Shown here: positions 1-11,322 of the stretch, piece by piece
How the letters are laid out: every line of letters begins with the position of its first letter
How positions within the stretch are numbered: the first letter of the stretch is position 1
Source of the DNA: Macrostomum lignano
Taxonomy: Eukaryota
NCBI GenBank assembly: GCA_002269645.1
Contig: NIVC01000989.1
Coordinates: 1-64,000, forward strand
Direction: 5' to 3'
Length of the DNA: 64,000 nt
Made by a program: the position numbers and the translations under genes
Notes under the pieces: model-generated
Databases searched by the model: none
Told to the model about the DNA's origin: nothing
The model's input: the letters and a program-made list of their open reading frames with translations, nothing else

Positions 1-3000
1 CACGCTTGAGTGAACACGAACAATAGGCTCTGACCTCATAAATCTTGATGGCCTGTCAAAATGATGAGAAAAAAGCTACCGCCCGCATCCTCTCAGACCA
101 TCTGGCGCGCCTCAACACTGAGTGAGGCGCAGGTGGCTGTCAGACCAGCTTCGAAAGCGATGATTTATGACCCAAAAAGCTGCGCCTATGTTATTATGAC
201 TACTAGTATGACCAAACATTATATCTAGTATAGATTCTATGACAATTCGCAGAAAAATGATAAAAATGCCCATTGCCCACTGTTAGTAGGCTAGTAAGTT
301 TAGAGCCGTGTGCTAGCGCGGGTTTGGAAAAAGCGCGGCCTCATCAAAAGCTTGCTGACATCTGAGAGGTTTTCTATTGTACTGCCTTCTATCAATACTC
401 CTGTTCATATACTCAGTTGTACGCTCGCATATTGCTTTATCTACTGTTTTTTACTCGCATGTGCAAAGTTTTTTAGTTTATCATTATAGTGCCAGCTGCT
501 CCATGCAAAAGTTAAATACTACTCTCCACCAAGGGGGCGATGCACAAATGATAGCATCAAATGCAATTTGCGAATAATAATTTAGGGTATACTCGTAGCC
601 TGAAAACCTGGATCTCTCAATGAAAAAACTGAAGAATAGTACCCACGTTGTATAAGCCAAGAACAGCAAAGTTTTGAGCAATAAAACTGACTCTGATCTC
701 TCCGAAACAAACACCGAATGTTAAATAATGACGTCAGCAGACTTTAAAGCTGTTAGCAGGCAGTCGCCTTTGTAAAACTCGTTTGAGACACTTTCTATCT
801 ACTGAGAGAACTCGGCGAACTTTGCCTGTCTGGATGAAGCTGAAGCTGAAAAATGATGACGGAGATTAAAGGCACAAAAACTTGCACAGTTCGTAACTGA
901 ATTTCATAAATATATTATGATTACACTGTAGCGCTGGCTATCAAAAGATGAAGAAGACTGATTAAGTTGAGCGAAAAGTTAAATCTCGGCTGGGGGCGAT
1001 TGCGTCTATTTAATAAAAATAAAGTACAGTTAGTTTGGGGCTGCAACCGTAAGTTCGAGTTTGGGCCATAGACAACCTAGCTTGTGGGCAGTCAAAGAAA
1101 GTACTTTTTATGAGCTGCATGAGCTGTATATTCTGTGGAATGCAGTCATATTTGCGAAGGACGGCTGCACCTAAAACTTGCTGCGTAATTTGCAGTTTGT
1201 TCTGTGTAGCCTATAAGAGTTTACGTTCCCACGCGCCTGTTTGGCAGTGTTTTAAATAAAAAGGAGAGACAGTGGAGGCGCTCGCTTCACTTTTCTCTCG
1301 CCCGCATCTGCGGGCCTAAAGGCATGGCCATTGCCTCGGCTGGGCTGTAGGCCGCAGCAGCCTGGGCCCAGAAAAACCGTGCTTCGAGTTCACTTCTTTG
1401 TTATCCGACGTGAGCAGAAGGTGCAGGATGGACGCAAAATCGTACCTGTTACAATGGTTCCCTGACCGCGTGAGTCTGCTAGATGAAGTTCCTGTCGCAA
1501 AGGATAACGGAGGGTCGAATAGAAGCCGGTTGAGGACAGCACAACATCAGCAAATCGAGATCCGGCGACCAGAGGACATCTTGCGTCGTTGGCGTGCTTG
1601 ACGGCATTAAGTCGCAACCGGTGGTTCAGTTCAACTGCCACCACGGTGCAGCCGCCGCCCAAACTGACGCGTGTTCAACAGCCGTTCGGATGGATCGACA
1701 AGAAGAGTCAGCCCGACGTCACTGTCTCGGCGACCGGCATGCAGATCAATTTTCCTGCCCTGAGGAGACCGAATGAACGCAGACCGAATGAGACGAATGA
1801 ACGCAGGGACCGTGGGAAAAAAGTCGCTACAACACCAATAGATTAGAAAATCTTGCTTACAACTCGATTGTCTAAAAAAAGAAGGTAGAATTCTCGCAAT
1901 CGAAGACAGACGGAGGGCTTAACTTTAAAGGCCGATGTGATGGATCCTGGCAGTTATTTTTATAACATAAACTGAGAGTGGGTCTTTATAGAAAAATTCT
2001 TAAAAGAAAGCTCCATTTCTCAGGTTCGCTTTTATCTTTGAGAAAGTTAAAACTCGGACAGCCTGCTGCTTTTCTGATTAATTATTTGATTTGCAGCCAG
2101 ACATAAGTTGGTTGTACGTCAATCCAAGATAGTAATAAACACAAGTAAATTGTATCTTTTACGGATGTTTCTCTTATCTATTGACTTTTCATAGAGCAGC
2201 ACCAATAGTTTGGCGCCCTGGTGATGAACCCCGATGCAATTGTCTCCGACCAGGAGAAACCGGGCCTGGCGCGAAGCACACCTCCCTCAGAAACGTCTTG
2301 AATTCAGCTCGCGCGGTACCTCAATTAAGGACACTGGACGAGCTGAGTTCTTCCTTACCGCCGGCGAGGAGGACCGGCGAGACCGACAGATCCTCCTGAC
2401 AAGTTTTTGGTCACCAGAGACTGGCGGAATGGGGATTCTCCTCCGCCGCCACGCTGCATCCGCCAGTTGATGCGACCCCTGCAAGCTATAAGTTAAGTAA
2501 TTTAAGAGGCTCCCTGCGTCACTCTTTGTCCTTGCAAGACCCCTGCCACTTCCGTCAGGTGGAGGCCCCCTGCGCACTCACCGTTATAGTGAGGCCAGGT
2601 AAGGTACACCGTTTGAGGAAAGTCAGGAAAATGAAAGGAGGCTCACCATAGTGAGGCTATAATAGTAGTTATAGTGAGGCTCACCACGTCACTCTGCGTT
2701 TTTTGTGGCTCCCTGCCATACTATCCGTCGTGGTGAGGCTCCCTGCTTCACTTTCCGTTGTGCTGCGACTCTTAAAATCCTTATTATTTGTTAAGGTCTT
2801 AAAAGTATGTGCTCGTTTCTTCTGACCTACTTCAATATCCGTTTAAGTTTGACCTCGCATTCAATTTGTTTGTGTGCCACTTCATAGTCAGTCATTATGC
2901 AATTCTGACTAATCGCCTCTCTTTTATAAGCATATTCCGCGGTGCTTTATATTGCTTGTATTTTAACATCAGTGTCCATTCGGAATGATAGATTCCTGCA

Positions 3001-3130
3001 TGGAAAATCAGCCGACAATGCCATTTCGCTCAAATTCTGTCTAAATAAACTTAAAAACATCACATGATTTATGAACATCACAAAATCTGAAGCCTTTGAA
3101 TACAAGAAGCAAAGTTTAGGAACTTAAGTA

Positions 3131-4349
3131 CACCATTTTACCTCCTATTTTGAACAAAGTCTTGTTCATAAGAAACAAGCAGAACTTCAATTCAAACACT
3201 TTAAGAAATATCAGCGCTTGCGGAACTTCAATTCAAACAAAGTCCCTTTCTATTGAAACAGAAGAACTTCAATTCAGACTGTCTGTGGCCAAAATTGTCC
3301 CCGAGTGACGCGCATGTGCAGATTTGAAATTCAAAATAAACAAAGTCAAATTCACATTCGACAGAGATTTTTGCACATACATTTAGATACGAGAGTACAT
3401 TTTAGTACATTAATATAATTTTTTTTCCTGTACAGAATAACTGTACAATCGTTGCGCAACAAGAAACGATATGAACGCTGAAGATCAGATTGAAAAAGAC
3501 GATGAATTGCTGAAAGATGGAATCGATTAATTTGAAGCAGATTCGATGAAGATATCATGGAACAGCAGCCTCGGAAGTACGCAATTGTAAGCAACAGTGA
3601 CAGAGACTGTATCATCAGGGCTGCTGATCGTGAGGGTGACTTTGTGGAACTGGCGCGCCAACTTGAGTCAAGAGGTCAACAGCGTACACGATTGTGAGGT
3701 CAGGGAGAGCGGAAAAGCAGCCTACGAGATTCCGGACACCATTCAGGTCAAGCGGCTTCCACCCTACCACCATTTTGACTCCTGTGTGGAGAACTTAATC
3801 TCTGTTGGAAGGCCGCTATGAAGAGAGCAGACCAGCAAAATTTTATCGCTCCGACAGCTGAGTAGCACGGCAATCAGTCGATGGCGGCCTATCGGCGAGA
3901 CATTCTGTCATGCTGGACAGAACAATTGGCTGCATCTCTGTGGACAAGAGCACTGAGGGGTTCAACCATGTGTTTACATACGTCCCTCGCTGCCTTGGTG
4001 TTGGTGGACAGGCAATTGATGGTTAGATGTCTCAAGTTGGCCAACTGACACTGTCTTGTTCCTGTTTTTAATTTTACTCTTTATGTTCGTCGATATGCTG
4101 TGTTTTATCCCTTTGTCGAAATAAAATGTGACTTTGTTTCTTTTGAATTTCAAATCTGCGCATGCACGTCGAGTCATTCGGGGACAATTGGCCACAGACA
4201 GTCTGAATTGAAGTTCTTCTGTTTCAATAGAAAGGGACTTTGTTTGAATTGAAGTTCCGCAAGCGCTGATATTTCTTAAAGTGTTTGAATTGAAGTTCTG
4301 CTTGTTTCTTTTGAACAAGACTTTGTTCGAAATAGGAGGTAAAATAGTG
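3131..4349 (+). mobile_element. Non-autonomous, internally deleted Tc1/mariner (IS630-Tc1-mariner) DNA transposon with ~230-bp TIRs
   Basis: 3131-~3360 is the reverse complement of ~4116-4349 (ends CACCATTTT / AAAATAGTG). TA flanks both sides (3129-3130, 4350-4351). The interior has broken transposase remnants: N-terminal HTH-like RKYAIVSNSDRDCIIRAADREGDFVELARQL, a degenerate LPPY...VEN catalytic-E motif, WKAAMKR, and C-terminal FNHVFTYVPRCL. Confidence 0.8.
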
Positions 4350-5043
4350 TAGTAAGATTAACTAGCTCCGTCATCAAGCAGATTTTTTAGCATTAAACAG
4401 CATGGACCAGTCTCTTGTTTTGTGATAACTCTGTCAATTGAAAATCCAACCTCATAGTCCAAGCTTCCAAAAACCTACACTTCCCTACCTCTTATGCTCT
4501 TCCAGAGAAACTCCCTGAAAAGATTTCTGCTGATGAAAAGTCGTCCAGTTCGTGCACCAGACGCCCGATTGAACACTCAGCAGAATCGCATCTACAACTA
4601 CAGGCTGCTTCATTCTCCATCATCAGTGACGGTGCCAGCATCCGCGGTCCCCTACAGTACAGTGGCCAGCAAAGTCGCGTTAACAGTGGAACAAGAAGAA
4701 CTTTAAAAGCGGATACCATTAACGAACAGAAACAAAGTGCTTGCCACTAGATCAGTGAAGCGCAATATGTTATAGCTGTATTGTCATTTATCTACGCTCG
4801 TAGTTAGCGCATAAACGCTTTGTTGAAAGCCTTTGACAACAAGTCAAAGAGCTCCTTTTCTATGCCGCACCCACGGGCCAGAGTAAAAACGTTCCACTTG
4901 GTTTACTCGTACTAAAATAGTATAGTCTGGAAAAACTATTCGATTTGTCAAGCACGCCGATTCTAAAAAATAGCAATTCGTGATAAGGCAAAAAAATGAA
5001 GATTCACAGCTAAATCAAACAGCTAATTCACAACCATCAGCTG

Positions 5044-6577
5044 TCACACAGCAGAACCAGTTGAAACTCGGTAAAGACTGATGGAATCTCTATTCGGTTG
5101 GCACACGGCAAGCAGCTCGGAGTGGCCTTCAACGATGGCCAAGCCACACGGATTGTGCATTCTGTCCCCGCAACTGCCAGCCTCACCCTCGACTCCGACA
5201 GTCTGCAGCACAGTGCCGTCACTACGCATCATTCGTACCACATGCCTATCAAACTCGCTGACGAACAACAGACCTAAGCGATGAGCTGCGACTCCTGCAG
5301 GACTCTGAAGCTCATCAAGACGACTTCGCTTGGTCGGGTAGGTCGAGATCAGCTGACCGCTGGCGATGCACACTTTGTAGAGCTTTTGAGCTTCATAATC
5401 AGTGATCAGCACCGCATGGTCAATGACCGATGTGGATTCGTAGAAGTTATTAATAGAAGGCACGCAACCGACGAAAATGCAGGTCTGCAGCTGGCCGCTG
5501 TCTTTGTCGATGCACAGCAGCTGCATTTCCGAGCCGCTTTTGTCCAGAGCAATTATCTTGTCAGAGCTGCAGGTCAGCCCCATAAATCTGACAGACCGTA
5601 CGCCGAGGCTGCTCGAGTTGAACTCGAGTGAAACCTGACCGCTCAGGTCCGACACCTTGACCACGTTTTTCTGCGAGATGTACAGAGCTTGGCGCTTGCT
5701 GTCACAGCTGAGTCCTGTGATTAGCTTGGACCAGTCGAGGTCAACCCGAACTTTCAGCCTCACGGATCCGTCAATCGAACACGCGAGAAAATAATGTAGT
5801 TTTGATAGTGGATAAAAAGCTACAAACAGACACGGCTCGGGAAGCATCTGTGCACCATCGACCGCAGACTCCGCCTTCACCACTTTGCTGCCTGAAGCAT
5901 CAGGGGAGAAGCCCTTCGTGTTGCTGCAGCATGAAACCCAATCAGGCGAACCATCGAGTCCCTGGATCTCGCTGTGGAACTCACAAATGCTCTGCTTCTC
6001 GCTCAGCGGACCAACACTCTCGCACAGCTGCATCACATCGCTCAGCTGCCTGTCAATCAGCAGCTGCAAGTCTCTCACGCCTCCGCTCACGTCGCCAATG
6101 TCTCTGCCGACTTGCTCAAAGCTGTCTCTCTTTTCATCCAAGTCGCCGCACTCCGCACTCACTGCAGCTGAGAGTGAGAGCAATGTCTTCAGGTCAGCAT
6201 TGGCCTCAGCTTCAGTAAGGCCAATCTCATACTCCTGCAGCACTGACAGCTCATTCAGCTTTTGCAGGCTGCTCTCATGTCTCACAGTCAATCGGTTGAG
6301 CACAGATTCCTTGTAGGTGAGCAGCGACTCCACAGCCGACTCGAACAGCTGCTCGACGCTCTGCAGCTCGGCTGCAGCGCTCGCTGATGAACTCGAAGGC
6401 CGTCTGCAGACTCTTCAGCGGCTGCAGCTGCTCGAGCGCCTTCTGTGCGAGGTGGCGCACCGCGGCAGCGTCCTGAGCCAGGTGTCTTTCGCACAGGGGC
6501 TCTGGGAGGCGAACGCCGGTGCCGGTCGGGACAGCGCTGCAGCCTCTGATGAAGCAGCTCGGGCTCGAGTCAGACAT
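5044..6577 (-). CDS. NHL-type beta-propeller / coiled-coil protein with N-terminal CX4CX15CX2H finger, copy 1 (two 1-bp deletions as assembled)
   Basis: ORFs 6275..6577 and 5044..6333 join into ~511 aa if the two bases present in copy 2 are restored (near 6375 and 6405). NHL-like blades include [26 protein letters not shown] and [14 protein letters not shown]. Confidence 0.75.
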
Positions 6578-7344
6578 TGTGCTTGAAGAATGGCGCTGAA
6601 AATTTGCAAAATCGTTTTGATACTTTGAATGCGCCTGGCTAAAATGCTTTTATAGTTGTTTCGAGCACGACCAGCTTAGTGACTTTTACAACACAGGAAG
6701 GGGATGTCAGCTTAGTCGAAATACCAGAGCAGATTCTGCTCTGAATCCCATCTGATTGTGTAGAGTATCATTAATTAAAAAATGCTACTATTAGTACAAT
6801 AATGCAAACATGAGGAGCAAAACTTAATCTATGAGCTAAGTTACTATTTTTATCGAAAACTATGAAACATCTATTTATAACAAAAAGAGGAATTGTGTAC
6901 GATATACACGATATATACCGAAAGGATGGTTTAGGTTGCTATTTATATTTCGCAAAACTTGTCTATAAATACAAGCGAAAAATCCGAGCTGAAATCTCAG
7001 ACTCGGAGCAGCCTCGACTTGAGCACACCCAGGAACTACGAGGCTACATGTACATCTCTGAGAGAAGTAGATGCCGTTCGGTAAGCCTTTGTTCAAGTTT
7101 TCGTTATTTGATTATTGAGAGCGATTTTATTGACGGCCGTTACTGTTCAGTTGAATTTACTGAATTTTTTTGAATTTGAGGCCTCCCTATTCCTAAGGGA
7201 TTGGATAGGATCTGCGGACCGATTCCAATACCCTTAGAGGATTATCAATTGATGATTTTGGTACCCTAGAGTAACCGATAGGGGCAACGACTCCGATTCC
7301 GTTATTTAAAGAAGAAGACGCCCTTTCTTGAGAACCTCGAATCT

Positions 7345-8290
7345 GTGTTTAAAAAGAAATTTGTCAAACAGCAGCACAACAGTAACAGCTCTGAAAGCTT
7401 CTTTATTTCACGCAACATATTGGCAGCTGCGGTAAAAGTAAACGCAATTGTTATCTAAAGTACGTTACTACTAAAATATCAATAAAACCAACTGCAAGAC
7501 AGCAGAAACCGGTACATTAGCTTGGCTGGTACATATTTGGAAGTTTAAAATTCAATAAAAGCTATCACAGATATTATCAGGACTCATAAAGCCTCCAATA
7601 TTAGATGAGACAGATGAGTAGAAATGCATGCAATTGAGCACTGTCAAGCATCAGATTTGCAACAACTCACATGGTAAAGTCAAACACTTGAGAATGCTTT
7701 GAGTCTGAACAGAACAGATACAAATCATATTTTATTGGAGCACGGCTTAACAAATAAACTCTAACAGCAACTTTGAGTAGCCTCAAGCGGCAGAAGCTCT
7801 GATGAGACAAAAATCTGGGCCAGCATTCATGTTTAGAATGTCACCTGATTATTCGCTTATTCTTCACTTATTCACGAAGGTAGCCAGAATAACCTGGTAG
7901 TTTAGAAGTTAAACCCACAGATGAACCTCCTGATCAATCATAATCACAGATTAACTCTACTAGCAGATTGGTGTCACCTCAGTTTGTGAGAGGAAAACCA
8001 AATCAACGCGCCAATGTAAAGTCTGCTAACAGAATTCACGAAAATTGGCTGCGGTATGTCAAAGTGCCGCAGATGCTTCGAGTTTGTAACTGAAATTTTG
8101 AAATTTGGCAAAGCATAACAATTTCGTAAAGCAGATCCATTTAAAAATCAAAGACGAGCTCATTTTCTATTCTGTGCTCACAGCTGCGGTAAAAAAGCTC
8201 CAATTAATTGGTCCACATGCAGATTATAAAAATAAAAATTTGTTTCAGCAAAAACATGGCGATAACAGGTAAATTCACAATCATCCGCCG
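7345..8290. repeat. Intergenic segment duplicated at ~10255-11150 (part of the tandem duplication unit)
   Basis: Shared blocks such as aactgcaagacagcagaaaccggtacattagcttggctggta (~7490 and ~10390), ccagcattcatg and cagatccatttaaaa are colinear but visibly diverged. Confidence 0.85.
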
Positions 8291-9828
8291 TCAATCAGCA
8301 GAACCAGTTGAAACTCGGTAAAATCTGATGGAGAGGCTTTCTTCCTGGCACACGGCAAGCAGCTCGGAGTGCCCTTCAACGATGGCCAAGCCATACGGAT
8401 GGTTTATTTTGTCTTCGCTACTGTCAGCCTCGCCCTCGACTCCGACAGTCTGCAGCACAGTGCCGTCACTACGCATCACACGAACCACATGATTAAAACA
8501 CTCGCTGACGAACACCAGACCGAGCGATGAGCTGCGACTCCTGCAGGACTCTGAAGCTTATCAAAACGACTTCGCTTAGTCGGGTAGGTAGAGATCAGCT
8601 GACCGCTGTCAATGCACACTTTGTAGAGCTTACCAGCTTCCCAATCGGTAATCAGCACCGCATGGTCGATGATCGACATGGATTCGTCAAATATTTGTCC
8701 ATAAGGCACGCCACCGACAGAAACGCAGGTCTGCAGCTGGCCGTTGTCTTTGTCGATGCACAGCAGCTGCATTTCCGAGCCGCTTTTGTCCAGAGCAATT
8801 ATCTTGTCAGAGCTGCAGGTCAGCCCCATAAATGTGACTGGCCGTCCGAGGCTGCTCGAGTTGATCTCGAGTGACACCTGACCGCTCAGGTCCGACACCT
8901 TGACCACGTTTTTCTGCGAGATGTACAGAGCTTGGCGCTTGCTGTCACAGCTGAGTCCTGTGATTGGCGTGAACCAGTCGAGGTCGACTTGAACTTTCAG
9001 CCTCACGGATCCGTCAATCGAACACGCGAGAAGGTAATCCAGATCGGATCCAAAAGTAAAAGCTACGAACAGACACGGCTCGGGAAGCATCTGTGCACCA
9101 TCGACCGCAGACTCCGCCTTCACCACTTTGCTGCCTGAAGCATCAGCGGAGAAGCCCTTCGTGTTGCTGCAGCATGAAACCCAACAGGCGAACATCGAGT
9201 CTTGGATCTCGCTTGGAACTCACAAATGCTCTGCTTCTCCTCGCTCAGCGGACCAACACTCTCGCACAGCTGCATCACATCGCTCAGCTGCCTGTGAATC
9301 AGCAGCTGCAAGTCTCTCACGCCTCCCGCCTCCACTCACGTCGCCAATGTCTCTGCCGACTTGCTCAAAGCTGTCTCTCTTTTCATCCAAGTCGCCGCAC
9401 TCCGCACTCACTGCAGCTGAGAGTGAGAGCAATGTCTTCAGGTCAGCATTGGCCTCAGCTTCAGTAAGGCCAATCTCATACTCCTGCAGCACTGACAGCT
9501 CATTCAGCTTCTGCAGGCTGCTCTCATGTCTCACAGTCAATCGGTTGAGCACAGATTCCTTGTAGGTGAGCAGCGACTCCACAGCCGACTCGAACAGCTG
9601 CTCGACGCTCTGCAGCTCGGCTGCTAGCGCTCGCTGATGAACTCGAAGGCCGTCTCGCAGACTCTTCAGCGGCTGCAGCTGCTCGAGCGCCTTCTGTGCG
9701 AGGTAGCGCACCGCGGCAGCGTCCTGAGCCACGTGTCTCTCGCACAGGGGCTCTGGGAGGCGAACGCCGGTACCGGTCGGGGCAGCGCTGCAGCCTCTGA
9801 TGAAGCAGCTCGGGCTCGAGTCAGACAT
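8291..9828 (-). pseudogene. NHL propeller / coiled-coil gene, copy 2 (multiple frameshifts; chimeric)
   Basis: Homologous to copies 1 and 3 over its full length. It has a 7-bp tandem duplication near 9325, four 1-bp deletions at ~9185-9213 and one near 8521. No nonsense substitutions were seen in the reconstructed frame (~511 aa). Confidence 0.7.
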
Positions 9829-11322
9829 TGTGCTTGAAGAATGGCGTTGAAAATGTGCAAAAAGTTTTCAATATATCGAATGCGCCAGGCTAAAATGATT
9901 CATTATTGTTTTGATAGAAAATGGATCAGCTGCGGGAGACACTGCATCAGCATTGCGCAGGACCAGCTCAGGGACTTTTACAACACCGAAAAAAGATGTC
10001 AGCTTAGTCGAACTACCGGAGCGGATTCTGTGCCGAATCCCATCGGATTGGCCACGAGGGTGCAGAGTCATAGAAAATCCCAGGTCTCAGCCTCAGTAGG
10101 TTAATTGGGGAGAACATAAGAAATCTTAAGTATCTGAGAGCTTGAGTTTTTTTAATTTACCTCATCAAATGATGCCTTCAGCTTAGCTCAGTCTTGAGGG
10201 GTTTCGGATCTACTCAGCTGGCACTTGTTGCTCTGTCTGATGCTGATTGCATGATCGTGTTTAAAATGAAATTTGTCGAACAGAATCACAACAATAACAG
10301 CTCTGCAAACTGATGTATTTGAGGCAACATTGGCTGCTGCTGGTAAAAGTACACGCAGTTAGCTAAAACTACACAAAAAATCAATAAACCCAACTGCAAG
10401 ACAGCAGAAACCGGTACATTAGCTTGGCTGGTAAAGATTTGGAAGTTTTAAAATTCAATAAAAGTTATCACAGATGTCATCAGGACTCATAAAAACCTTC
10501 AAGATTCGTTTGCTCGTAGTACAGATGAGTAGCAATGCATGCAATTGAGCACTGATCAGGCATCAGATTAGCAACAACTCACATGGTGCAGTCAAACACA
10601 TGAGAATGCTTTGAGTCAAACTGTCTGAGCTGAATTAAAAAGACGTCAAACAAAGCCTTACGAAGCTGGCAGCCTTGGTTCTTCATCAGAGCAGCGCCTG
10701 AACTGCGCTGAGTTCGTCGGCAAATCAGATGATGTTTGAGCTCGGCCTAACAAATAAAATCACACAGCCAAAATCTAGAGCCAGCATTCATGTCCGGAAT
10801 GCCACCTGATTTACTCGCTAATTCAACACTCATTCACCCAGGTAGCCAGAAGAACTTAGCTGCCACCAAGTTAAACTCCCAAATGAAACGCCCATTCATA
10901 TTCAAGCAAAATCTAAATTTAATAATCAAATAATCAAAATTTGATTATTTATAATAATTAATAAATCTAAATCTAAATCAGCAACAGCGAACAACTTGTA
11001 ACAGCGAAACCATATCAACGCCTAAATGCAAAATCTGCAACCAGATTTCACCAAGTTTGGGACTGAAATTCTCAAAATTGGTGAAACAGATCCATTTAAA
11101 AGTCAAAGACGAACTCATTTTCTCTGCTGAAGTCATGGTTAAGGTAAAAATCCGCTTTGTTATACAAAATTACTACTGTTACCAGGCACAAATTCTAAAA
11201 CTATAATGGTCAAGCTTCAATTCATGTGTCAAAACACGCAGAGCATAAAAATAGTACATTTTGATAAAGCAAAAACATGCAGATGCAGAGCTGAATCGAA
11301 AGGTGATTTACAGTCATTTGTG

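Noticed and set aside
1400-1846. Possible LTR/DIRS RT-RNase H relic (MKFLSQRITEGRIE, QTDACSTAV)
   Set aside because: Only faint motif echoes in frames broken by stops, with no LTRs or catalytic motifs; needs a tblastx to support.
2170-2780. Short ORFs and repeated gaggctc words
   Set aside because: No recognisable protein, and the repeats are too irregular to define a unit.
3126-4354. CACTA or Transib classification from the CAC...GTG ends (flanks aagta/tagta)
   Set aside because: The 5-bp flanks mismatch, while the TA duplication and Tc1-type transposase remnants fit Tc1/mariner.
4505-4750. Possible terminal exon after a CTCTTCCAG acceptor
   Set aside because: Open frame of about 80 codons, but no homology and no linkable upstream exon.
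7193-7236. Hairpin (ctaaggg-attgga...tccaata-cccttag) in a ~590-bp segment unique to the copy 1 upstream region
   Set aside because: Could be a Helitron-like end, but no diagnostic termini or second copy were found.
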